A stretch of DNA of 64,000 nt from Tubulanus polymorphus. Its lineage: Eukaryota > Animalia > Nemertea. The translations under genes and the position numbers were made by a program. Below, in pieces: positions 1 through 12,318 of this stretch; position 1 is the stretch's first letter, and each line of letters starts with the position of its first letter. Below the pieces are notes generated by a model. The model did no database searches. It was not told the DNA's origin and saw only the letters and a program-made list of their open reading frames with translations. The DNA lies in the NCBI RefSeq assembly GCF_964204645.1, contig NC_134034.1:12040962-12104961 (forward strand). The letters run 5' to 3'.

Positions 1-2629
1 TTTGGGTGCTAGTTGAGATCCTGAATCTCAACCCGGTCAAGCTGGTTGTACTGCGCTATTTGTGTTTCGTGCAATTTTACAGGTGTGTCAGTTACTGACG
101 TCGCCCAGTACATCCTGCAGTTAGATGGGGAATGTGAGGCTTTGTCAATCTGGTTTTCGTGTTCTGTGTGAGGGCGTGTAGAGGGCAGTATATTCCTGGC
201 TGGCTCATTGTCTGGTGTTCTCGGCATGTGACCGGCGACGGAGAGCTGAAAAGCTTTCGAACATTAGTTTTGTTCCGTACCAGGTTTTCATCGCTCTTCT
301 CTTTTTTTTTCATTTCAGGACTCCCAAGATGAAGAAGATGCTGAAGGCGACTACAGAAGATGGCGAAAAAAGAACACTGAATTCAGCAATATTGAAAGTT
401 AAGTTGATCCATGTGTAAATTACAATGTATGATACAGAAAGGATTGTGTAACTACAGAATATCGTTCTTTTACTCATTTCAGGTTAATCCGGAAAGGCCC
501 ATCTTAAATCTACCCACTAGAAGTGCCCACAAAAGACTCCACGTTGAATGAACCAAACACCAAAAGACCTGAGCAACCAAACCTGGCAGTCTCATCCTGC
601 ATGGCAACAGGAATGCATACATACATAAAGCTAAGTTGATTTTTCATATCTGGGGTAGAAGGCATAGGCACTGGTGAGGATACAGACGCTGGTCAAACTC
701 ACCATCTCCGCACTACTTTATTGAAGCTCTATGGCCGGTATGTTGTTAAAAGTAAATTGAAATATAGCTATGGCAATGATTGCTTGAGTATTTACAATAT
801 TAGATGAAATGATTGAGTGAGGTCCCTTGAACATTCTTTGGTCTGATAATTAAAGGTAGATTGGTCAGTTATTGATTAAAAGATTTTTTAAGTATGTACA
901 ATTAAGGTAAATTCAATATCTTATGTGAAATTTTCCGAATGTACCGTAGATATTTCAGGATATATAGATAGGACAATTTACTAATTAACCAATCACTTAG
1001 ATATTAGCAATCATTCAATATCTTATAATGTTTGACGAGAATTTCTTCAGGTGTAGATATTTTAGGGCCCCTATATACATTTAGGCTGGCTTTACTAGTA
1101 AAGATATATATCAATTAAACTTAATCGTCGGTTAATAGATTTTTTTACAAATAATATATTGATACATATGTCATTTATAAACATTCAGTCACTTTACAGT
1201 ATATATTATATGCTGCTTTACCCATTGCATTAATGAATTCCTGGGGGAAAGATGTATGAAATATTGTCTAGGGCTCTATCGAGATCTGGTGTGATATATA
1301 TGGGGAAAACTATGGACTGCGGGTCTTTTAGAAACTGTGATTAGGTCTCAGCACTTTGATAAATCTAGAATAAAGAAAGCTTTAATTAATCCAAATCATT
1401 CCCCAGAGCCATACTCTGTGCCTTGTTTTGGGCTATGATTATTGTTTAACTGACAATCATCATATATATATAGCTAGGAAAAATTGCTCATTAACCAATG
1501 GCTTAGATATCCACAATTAAGATGAATTTAATATTTCATGTAAGATCAAAAACTATTTATATGCTATGTATGAAATAATTTATATGTGATACAGGTTCAT
1601 TATAAATATCATTAAACTGGCAATTGAGATATAGCTGATATATGTATATTTGAGCATATCTATATAATAAGTGAATCAGTCTCTTTGACTGATCAGTATT
1701 TATATTTCCAACTGCCGTACTTACGGCGACTGGTCATGCTCTTCAATATTGCCAAAAATTTACCAAAACCTTACTGATTCAAATGATATCTAAAAGCCAT
1801 AGGCCTACTGTGTGTCAAGTGACGCATAATAGATATATTTTATTAACTGACAATTAGAATATAGCTAAGATGAATTACTCATTAACGTATTACTTAGATA
1901 TCTACAATTAAGGTTAATTCAATTGTTATGTGAAATTATTTTTAATTCAAGTCCATTGACATTTAAAATGTAGCTGATACATGTGTATCTGAGCAAATTA
2001 ATTATTTATCTGTATCTAAAGTGAACCTATTGTGTCGTCATACAGCTGTATTAGTTTTGATACATATTGCCAAATTCATTTAACGCAGATTTACTTCCGA
2101 TTGAAGGGAGATAAAACAAATTTGTACGTGCAAAAATACATTCCTGAATTTGGAAGGGAGAATATTTCAATTTCACTGTGTATGTCAGATTGAGAGCCTT
2201 AATCTGACAGGATATCCTAAACTTAGGTCTTATTCCTCTTGCTAATAGCTCTCTTTTACTAACCCCTCTCCTTCAAACTATATTCCAGCATCATGTCTTG
2301 CACCGCACCAGGGAGGTCCGGTCATAACAAGGTCTTTCGATCCTTATACACAGTGTACTGTAAAAGATATAAAAGAACTAAAGATTACATAGCAATTCGG
2401 CTATAAGGCAATTTCTAATTTACGACTAAAAATGTGCTTTTATCTTAATTTCTGATGAATTCACCACATCTGAAATTCTACTCGTGTAGATTTTCAGGCT
2501 CCATATAAATATAAATATTGTTAACTGATAATTAAGATGTAGCTAGTATGATGACTCATTAACGGATCGCTTAGATATCTAGAAAATTAGTTAAAATTAA
2601 TTCAATATAATGAATATAAGTGAAAATTA

Positions 2630-3190
2630 TTTAGAAAATAGCGCATTGGATGAGACGACTGTTTCGTGCAATGTTGTCTGTGTCTAACTGGGCCACATGT
2701 GTGAGGGATCTGTTGAATCAGTTAGGTTTTGGGGAATTCTGGGTTCGTTAAATTAGGTATCAAAAGCTCTGATGCAAAATTAGCAGTTGAAATAATGATG
2801 AATTCAAATTTATACCGGATTTGAAATTCTTCTCGTGTAGAAATTTCAAGCCCCAAATAAATTATTGTCCGAGACAATTTTGATTATAGCTAGGACATTA
2901 ATTGATTTATTAGGTATCTACGATAAAGATTAACTCAGCATCTTCATATAAGGTAAAAGTGCTCAAATCCAAACCATATGGGTTGATAAGACAACTGTAT
3001 AATTAACTATTGTTTTAGGCCTATACCCTATACAGGGTGTGTTTTAACTCTATCTCTTGTGCGTGGGATTTATTAAATCATTAAGGCTTTGCAGAATTCT
3101 GGATTTGTCAATGTGTGGGGATGATTCAAGGTTTCTTAAATCTGTAGAACCATGTTGCTTATAGGATCAGTGTGCTCAATGCTGGCAGCG
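2630..3190 (+). mobile_element. Degraded non-LTR retrotransposon (L2/CR1/Crack-like) ORF2 C-terminal fragments
   Basis: ~2690-2745 translates NWATCVRDLLNQLGFGEFW, and a second decayed copy at ~3060-3190 reads DLLNH*GFAEFW. This resembles the post-RT W..V..LL...GF...W motif of invertebrate LINEs. Recognised from memory, not by alignment. Confidence 0.5.
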
Positions 3191-3751
3191 CACTCACTCT
3201 AGTTAGTTATATTATCATAATTACAAGATCATTGTATATATTTTACGTGCAATATTTAGAATTACTGAAATGGATGAGAATACCATTCACTGGGCACAGA
3301 TGTCACCATCTGTGGGTAGAAAACATATCTCTTAAAGGTTATTAATTGACGATGAAGTTAATTTGATAATATGAACATGGTTAAGCTGACAATCGAAATG
3401 TATATAGGGGGCCATATTACTAGCAAGTTTGCACTATATGATGGGCCTGGGTTTTAATAAAAGCCTAATGGCCACTGGGTGTTTAGCACCCATGGAAGAA
3501 AAACATCAAGAATTTCTGAAGATAGAAGAAGAGAAACTACAGTACAAAAAAAATCTGAACAGATTGATTATGCATTATTAAATTTGCTGTAACTCTGGTA
3601 TTCCCCAAGATACCTAGAGATGCTTTACCCGAATTGTTGTTAAACTGTAATAATCAATATCAGATATCTAGAATGAATAAAGATTAATTAATTGAATCGT
3701 TTGATAATTGACTATTATCAAAATCTACTTTCCGGTCCACATTGCTGATCT

Positions 3752-3767
3752 TATATATATATATAGG

Positions 3768-3832
<65 letters not shown>
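3752..3832. repeat. (TA)n microsatellite
   Basis: Directly visible. Confidence 0.95.
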
Positions 3833-3835
<3 letters not shown>

Positions 3836-4419
3836 GTATGAATTGACACGTGTTAATCATGATCAGTGATATTCGAAAGGTTTTTCTGCTCACAAGATTT
3901 TGCTCTTTTTTTCAGCTATACTATTAATCAACTAGTCATAAAATGTACAAAGTGATCTTCAACCTTGTAATGTAGATATTCCAAATCTCGATGTATTAAA
4001 ATAGGCAGTCAACTTAATTGACCCCAATCAGACGCTTGCCGGTTCAGACTGGTTGGAAGATTAATTGAATGAACCGGAACCGGATTTTCCAATTATGCGC
4101 TTGGTTTTAAAGAAAACAAAATTTATGTAAAATCGACCCCCGATCACACAACTATATCTGTACTTTGATTTCCGATTTTGAATATAAAACTAGACAAAAT
4201 TTTTCAACCTTGTAAACTTTCGGACTATTTACATGAAAAAAAGACCCATGAAATGTAAAAAACTTAGACAAAATTATTCAACCTTGTAAACTTTCGGACT
4301 ATTTACATGAAAAAAGACCAAATATTGTAAAATATAGTTATTTCCAAAATCTCAATGTATTAAATTAGGCAGAAAAAAAGTTATATGAAAAAAATATGTA
4401 AAATTAGACAACCAACATA

Positions 4420-5830
4420 GGAGACCCTCGCCGATAATGAACCCGGCAATCATAAAAGGTAACTTAATATAGATAGAATTATTGCGATAAATTCTCATTG
4501 AAAAATTTGTCATTACAGGATAACTTCTTTTAATCATTGCAGCTAAATTTCAACTATATGAAAACCCAGCTTGAGATCAACTACACATCCAAAGTCGACC
4601 AACTGGAACAGCGCACAGCCAGCTAGAATCAAATCATCAACCAATCAAATTAGATGATCCACGCCGATAACGAACCCAGCAATCATAAAAGGTAACTTAA
4701 TATAGATGGAATTATTGCGATAAATTCTCATTGAAAAAACTTGTCATTACAGGATAACTTCTTTTAATCATTGCAGCTAAATTTCAACTATATGGAAAAC
4801 CCAGCTTGAGATCAACTACTCGTCCAAAATCGACCAACTGGATCAGCGCACAGCCAACTAGAATCAAATCATCAACCAACCAACTTAGATGATCCACGCC
4901 GATAACGAACCCAGCAATCATAAAAGGTAACTTAATATAGATGGAATTATTGCGATAAATTCTCATTGAAAAAACTTGTCATTACAGGATAACTTCTTTT
5001 AATCATTGCAGCTAAATTTCAACTATATGGAAAACCCAGCTTGAGATCAACTACTCGTCCAAAATCGACCAACTGGATCAGCGCACAGCCAACTAGAATC
5101 AAAATCATCAACCCAGCAATCATAAAAGGTAACTTAATATAGATGGAATTATTGCGATAAATTCTCATAGAAAAATTTGTCATTACAGGATAACTTCTTT
5201 TAATCATTGCAGCTAAATTTCAACTATATGAAAACCCAGCTTGAGATCAACTACTCATCCAAAATCGACCAACTGGAACAGCGCACAGCCAGCTAGAATC
5301 AAATCATCAACCAACCAACTTAGATGATCCACGCCGATAACCAACCCAGCAATCATAAAAGGTAACTTAATATAGATGGAATTATTGCAATAAATTCTCA
5401 TAGAAAAATTTGTCATTACAGGATAACTTCTTTTAATCATTGCAGCTAAATTTCAACTATATGAAAACCCAGCTTGAGATCAACTACTCATCCAAAATCG
5501 ACCAACTGGAACAGCGCACAGCCAGCTAGAATCAAATCATCAACCAACCAACTTAGATGATCCACGCCGATAACGAACCCAGCAATCATAAAAGGTAACT
5601 TAATATAGATGGAATTATTGCAATAAATTCTCATTGAAAAAACTTGTCATTACAGGATAACTTCTTTTAATCATTGCAGCTAAATTTCAACTATATGGAA
5701 AACCCAGCTTGAGATCAACTACTCGTCCAAAATCGACCAACTGGATCAGCGCACAGCCAACTAGAATCAAAATCATCAACCCAGCAATCATAAAAGGTAA
5801 CTTAATATAGATGGAATTATTGCGATTAAT
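4420..5830. repeat. Tandem repeat, ~220-240-bp unit, ~6 copies
   Basis: Recurring aacccagcaatcataaaaggtaacttaatatagatgg...tgcagctaaatttcaactatatg; explains the repeated short minus-strand ORFs. Confidence 0.9.
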
Positions 5831-6204
5831 TCTAAAAGAAATTGATTTACGGTACATGGAATTTATTATTATTAATGGTATATGAAGAATTGTGTATATT
5901 GTAAGATATTGTATAATTACAGGATATCTTCTTTTATTCATTTCAGCTTAATGACATCTATAAGAAAATGCTCAGCCTAAGATGTACTGGTGAAAAATGT
6001 ACTGATTAGAATAGCCAACAGAAGATTCCATCTTGAATTGAAATCATCAACTCCCACAGAAGAACCATCTTGAACTCGACTGCATAGGCCTAGTAGAAGT
6101 CCAGAGGAGAAATTTAGCCAGCAGCGGTTTATCGCCCAATGACAGATTTCTTCTACAATAGGTGGAGAAGAGACAATGCGTGTCTTACCGGTATATATGA
6201 ACAA

Positions 6205-7025
6205 TTATTCAGGAGCAGCAGGGACAATGTAAATATATTGTGAACAGTTATTCAGGAGCAGCACAGACAATGCGTATCTATAAACACTTGTTCAGGAGCA
6301 GCACAGACAATGCGTATCTTATAAACACTTGTTCAGGAGCAGCACAGACAATGTGTATCTTATAAACACTTATTCAGGAGCAGCACAGACAATGCGTATC
6401 TTATAAACACTTATTCAGGAGCAGCACAGACAATGCGTATCTATAAACACTTGTTCAGGAGCAGCACAGACAATGCGTATCTATAAACGCTCGTTCAGGA
6501 GCAGCACAGACAATGCATATCTTGTAAACACTTGTTCAGGAGCAGCACAGACAATTCGTATCTTATAAACACTTATTCAGGAGCAGCACAGACAATGCGT
6601 ACCTTATAAACACTTGTTCAGGAGCAGCACAGACAATGCGTATCTTATAAACACTTATTCAGGAGCAGCACAGACAATGCGTATCTTATAAACACTTGTT
6701 CAGGAGCAGCACAGACAACGCGTATCTTATAAACACTTATTCAGGAGCAGCACAGACAATGCGTATCTATAAACACTTGTTGCGTATCTATAAACACTTG
6801 TTCAGGAGCAGCACAGACAATGCGTATCTATAAACACTTGTTCAGGAGCAGCACAGACAATGCGTATCTTATAAACACTTATTCAGGAGCAGCAGAGACA
6901 ATGCGTATCTTGTAAACACTTGTTCAGGAGCAGCACAGACAATGCGTATCTTATAAACACTTATTCAGGAGCAGCACAGACAATGCGTATCTTATAAACA
7001 CTTATTCAGGAGCAGCACAGACAAT
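6205..7025. repeat. Minisatellite, 40-41-bp unit, ~20 copies
   Basis: ttcaggagcagcacagacaatgcgtatcttataaacacttg repeated head-to-tail with no unique spacers. Confidence 0.95.
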
Positions 7026-9428
7026 AGCATATGTAAAGTATTGATTTATTTTGTGTATTACCTTTTTACAAACTAGTCTGATTGGTAACAAGGGTTTAAA
7101 AAAATCACTGTCTATTTGAAGGAGCGGAATAAACTGAAGAAATAGTTTTGATGTTGATAATTGAAAATTGAAGTTAGATAATTAGGCCTCTGGGTCTGAG
7201 AAGGAACTATTCATATTTGAATAATTTGAATTCGGTTTGTAAACAGAGGAGTCATGTCCTTTAAGTTCCTTCTTGGAGTCTCATGAAATTTACGCTCCAT
7301 TAATTGATGGTATTGATCGCGTTCAGCGTCTGGGTTCGACTCGTAAGTCGGTTGAAATACTCATAAACTGAGATCTGAAATCAACAGGATAGTTCAGATA
7401 ATCTTCATCCTTAGTTAAACATAGTTGAGATTGATTTGTAATAATGACATAGTTCATTGGTCTTTATTCCATTAATCTTAGAAATAGTGATTCATTTTAT
7501 ATTTCCTGAGAGTGAAAATAATTTAATGATTTGCATAGCCTAAATGTTGAAAAGGGAGAGCGTAGTCAGTTAAACAGTTGCAACTTTTAAACGCAATAAA
7601 GGAAGTTGGTACGTTATTAGTTTAGACTCCTAAACTCGCCCAGCAAGTTAATGGGTTTTGAATAAAGATGTTTTGAAAAGGATTCCTTGGCCAAAAAGTG
7701 AAGGGCCGCCCTTCAGTACAAACTGGCTTCGCCCCTCGAATATCATCACGTATATAGTTAAGGAAACCATATAATATTAGGCAGTGTTCTGTGTACAAAT
7801 AATAAGTTAATATACCAAAGTGTCGATGTATTTTTGATGCCATAATTTTAAGGCCCATTAAAGCGATTTGACTAATGAGTAGAATATCTCGATTTTCACA
7901 GGAGTTTTAGCATTGTGCTTCCATGTAGGTGATCATAGCTAGGTATATGAAACTTATATCGTAGTACATTGTATCCACAGAGGTATGAGAGGTAATACTA
8001 GGAATAATGTAATATAAAGGAATAAATAATAATGGCCAGCAATGATTTTGATTGTTTTAATTTTGTTTATAGCTGTTTTAACTTCTTTCATCGTTATCCA
8101 TATCATAAGGTTGAGTGGCTTTCAATGATCACTTAACTTCAAATCGGGGTGTTTAATTAGGAAGCGATTATTTAGGTGCAGCAGTGAATTTGTAGCACTT
8201 TTTTAAGTGAGGCCATAATTTTACCGCTAAAAAATTTCTGATGATGTAAATAGTAATAGATAGTACAAAATACATAGAACATAATCAAAAAAATAAATAA
8301 AAACTACATAACAAAATAAATAATATAAAAAAAACAAATGAAATTATAAAGTCATGAAAAATAAACAAAACCAACAAACAATTAGTTGATATAGGCCTTC
8401 ATCATCAGGAATTTTTTCTAATCAACTCAATCTAATTATTAAAGGTTCTTCTTTCATAGAACAACCTTCTCCGTGTTTCCCAACCTCTTGAGATCTTTTC
8501 TGTTGTTGTTTTAAGCGTTCTATCGGCTCAGTGATAAAAAAAACAAATAACCATAAACCTTAACTAAACCAAACACACTAAAAAATATCTGTTTCGATAG
8601 AATGCTTCAAATAACTGATGAAAGATCACGGCGTCCTTTTACCTATATATCACACCCTATCACTGCTGTAACTGTTAATTGTTTTAGGGATAATATCTGG
8701 GAGATACATTTTACTCTTTTTTAGAAAGAATGTTTAACAGCTATAAACGTGATTAGTTATCGATGGTAAAATTATTGTCATGTTTTCCCTGAAATAACGT
8801 TGTATTAAATGAGCGAACTGATAATGTTTGTAAATCTTTAGTTAAGACAAGGTGCAGCGAAAATTCTAGTTTTCTAGTAAAAATGATGTTAATGAAAATG
8901 AAATTTAGAACTTTAAGTTAATTCTAAGCTTTCTAGGATTTGTCTCCAGTTTGAATGCTTTTATGTTACACTTTTTTTAAAATACAGTTCATTTGTTAAC
9001 TAGGAACTTACATGATAATTCCTCGAGTACATACTCGTCATTTCGCAATGTATTATTTTTGTCATGAGAATAAAATGACACATACATTTCATTATTCATG
9101 GTGAAACTTATCAATTGTTTAGTTAAGTTTATAGCAACTATCAAACTGAGGTCCTATCAAATAAAGTGTAGCAGTTCTTTTTATAAATGAGGATTTATGA
9201 ACAGTGTTGATTAGTAAATTGTCATGTTTTGATTGTCGGTTATACAATGTCTATATAAAGTTTATTTATTTTTCATAACTCATACATACAATGTTGGACA
9301 GGTGTTAGGTGCACTATATGGTTATGGAGGATCCAGTGCTAGCCAGCTGGCTGTGCTTAGAATTAAGGCACTAGATCATGTGCATGGTGCGTATATGGGC
9401 CTGATTCAAATCTGCACAAGAAGAATTT

Positions 9429-9672
9429 CAGGGTCCGATCTAAGGAATGAAAGCCACTTGCCCGGGGGGCAAGCATATCTGATATTTCGCTCGCCCCCTC
9501 CAAAAGCTACTTGCCCTACACATGCAGTTTGATTGGTCGCACTATCATCCATTGTATCGAGTGGGAAAAAAGCTTTGTGACATAAAATTGCACTAGCCCG
9601 GCGGACAAGTAATAATGATAACCTACTCGCCCTGATGAGAATATACTTGTCCCGGGCTTAGATCGGACCCTG
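9429..9672. mobile_element. MITE with 16-bp terminal inverted repeats
   Basis: cagggtccgatctaag ... cttagatcggaccctg; no clean TSD seen. Confidence 0.65.
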
Positions 9673-11913
9673 CATTTCAAGTATCGAAAAAGTTGTAGAT
9701 AATTGTAGATATCTCAGCAATCAGTTGTTTGTAATTTACTTAGCTATATTCAAATGGATAGTTGAACAATATCTATATGATGATACTCCATATATCTTGA
9801 TTAAAAAATACTTTGAGAACGTGACAATGTGTAGAAAATAATGTTGATAATGTTTGAAAATCGTGGGCAAAGTTGGAGAAACTCTAATTATCTTGTTAAA
9901 TAATGTTAATGAAAATAAAGATTGATTAGCTAATCTCAAGCTTTCCACAGTGAATCTGTAGTTTTAATGCTTGAATACAGTTCTGAGTTTACTCATTTGT
10001 AGAAATTACATGATACGCAATTTCGGTTTTCCTGTAAAAACAATGTTAATGAAATGAAATTAGAGATTGATTATTTGAGAGAGTGAATTTGTTTTATGTC
10101 CAGTTTAATGTTTACATTTTGGAGATATGTTATGCAGTTTTATGTATAAACAGAATATCCTAAATCTCACATTGTCATTTGAATAGTTGATATGGTAAAA
10201 TGCTTCATATTTCATGAAATAGCCAAGTGTCACTTATGCCCGGTGAGTGACTTCATGAATTGTCAAATTAATAGTCTTAGACATTCAGACTAGTCCCAAT
10301 TGTCAGTGTTTAATGGATCAAAGTTTACAATTCTTTGTTTAATTTTGTTATTTTCCTATTGATTCAAATTGTGTGAATCAGTTGCAGTGGAAATGTTTTT
10401 GGTAAATAAAACCTTGAAATACCTTGCATGATGTAGCATATGTGATATTAAAAGCTAGTAATTTTATATATTTTGGATAATCTAAGTCATTATAAGGCTA
10501 AAAATGATATCTTGTTTTTCCTGATCGGCCAGGTCATTTCATAGATCAGTGAAATTTGTAATCAGTTCACATTTCCATCCGCCGGGTCTGTTATGGTTAG
10601 CTTGATCATGAAAAAGTATTGTGAGGCCTAATGGGTCAACTTTAAGGAGTAAAAATGTTAATCAGATTGATTACTTAAAATCTTACGCTTTCCAGAGTAT
10701 TTGGCCATGTTTATCTCTGGTTTTAGTGCGGGGAGCCATGGACATTTCTGTTCTAGAATTTATGGTTGGATCTAACGAGCAATTATCTATTAGATAATTG
10801 CTCGTAGGTTGTACCATGGACATATAAACTATAGATTATTGTTTATACGTCCTTGATTGGATTGTTTTTTGAAATCAGTCCACGTGTTTGAGGAACTTAC
10901 ACCATAATTCCTCGAGCATAAACCTGGCATTTTGTATAATTGTTGTATGAGAGTAAATATAATTGTTTGAGAGTCTCTATTGTTTAGTTGATAAGCTACT
11001 CTGAACTTTGTAAGTTCACGGGTCTGTGGTTTTCATTGCAATCTTGCAATCCATCCCTTTTTTCAACCCTATAATCCCACTAACATGGTGCGGAGACGTT
11101 GTTTGTACACGTAATATCATAATAAAGACCTCAGCCTGTGTTTTATAGGATGTCAGTTGTTCTGGTTGGTTTTTAGGTAGTTTTTTATTAGTGTCCTATT
11201 TTTAATATGGAGAGGAGATTGGACTTGTAGAGGCGGTCCTGCTGTAGAATTACAGAATCCGCAGCGAGACCGGGCCCGCCGTCCGACTGTGCGCCAGATT
11301 TTTACCGTCATGTGCTGCCGCTATGATTTACATCGACGGTGAACGTGTGAACTAACCCTCCAGTGGGATATTCTTACCGCGGCACGCGAGTAATTAATTC
11401 AATTCAATTCTAATTTATTTCACGGAAAAGCGTCACATTATTACAAGTTAAACAATTCAAAAAATGAGAATAATATCTAAATTTACAAAATTGTCGCGTG
11501 CTTTTCTACGTGGGCCTTGCAAAGCCCTGTAGGCCGCTAGCGCAGGCGCCCAATGAGTTAGTTCGCGTATTCGCCGCCTACGATATGCATAGTGGCAGCA
11601 CCTGACGGTGGTAATTTCGGTTCGGCCGCTAGTTGGTAGCGATTTGTATTTAGTGAATGGAAATTCCACATTCAGGTTATTACAGTCTAAACTATCTTTA
11701 CAACAGTACGGGAACTCCTGTCAGGTTAACTGTCAGCTAGAGAGAGAGAGAACTCAACGAGGACTTACGCATTGAGACTTCTTCAGTTGTATTTAACTGA
11801 GTGGAATATATTTAATTGACTGACGTTTTGTCTTGAACAAATTCAAATTCACTTTCAGCATCTCTGAGGGAATTTTGATATTTCTAACTTCTGATCCTGT
11901 GTATGCGACGAAA

Positions 11914-12014
11914 ATGAACGGAATTTCATTCGCTCAGATGTTGACCCGCGTTGACCGGTGCATTCGTAAAGAGCCGCTCGCGAATAACTACACGATCGAG
12001 AAGGAAATCGGACG
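11914..12014 (+). CDS. STK17A: DRAK/STK17-family kinase, coding exon 1 (MNGISF...EKEIGR)
   Basis: ATG at 11914, donor CG|gtaagt at 12015. Phase 2 joins 25219 to give IGRGKFAVV (Gly-rich loop). Full join 11914-12014,25219-25431,28385-28523,30792-30921,31526-31574,32369-32548,33536-33812 = 1089 nt, 362 aa. Confidence 0.8.
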
Positions 12015-12149
12015 GTAAGTAAAGTTCTGCTTATCATCACTTCTTCTTATCATGAAAATCCAGTTCAAAATATACGTTTGCAGCTTAACTTTCGTGGGTC
12101 AAGTTTAGTGTATGTGATTTTTTTAATGTTTCTCTGAATTTGTTCAGGC

Positions 12150-12318
12150 CACAGGCTCTCGTCACGATAGCTGGGGTCCAAAATCAAGGATTCAAGTATC
12201 CGGCCTAGGCACCACCTATAAAAAAAGAAAAAAGAAAATTTTTTTTTTTATGTGGTACCTAGGATACTTGGTAAAATCCTTGAATTTGGACCCCCAGCTA
12301 TCATGACGAGCCCCTGTG
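12150..12318. mobile_element. hAT-like palindromic MITE
   Basis: Long imperfect TIRs (cacagg...cctgtg) flanked by an 8-bp TSD gttcaggc at 12142-12149 and 12319-12326. Confidence 0.8.

Noticed and set aside
1-740. Exon-like segments with ag acceptors (83, 319, 483) and short ORFs
   Set aside because: Stops in the candidate frames and no recognisable domain; cannot support a CDS
780-3400. Loosely recurring AT-rich blocks (ttagatatctacaattaag-like); similar old duplications at 8700-10950
   Set aside because: Too degenerate to delimit by eye; probably old satellite or TE decay
6205-7025. Regular short repeats resembling a CRISPR array (also 18880-19670, 28605-29540)
   Set aside because: No unique spacers, no cas genes, eukaryotic intron-containing context
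7100-8030. Possible decayed coding or TE sequence on the minus strand (ORF 7622-7858)
   Set aside because: No motif I could recognise
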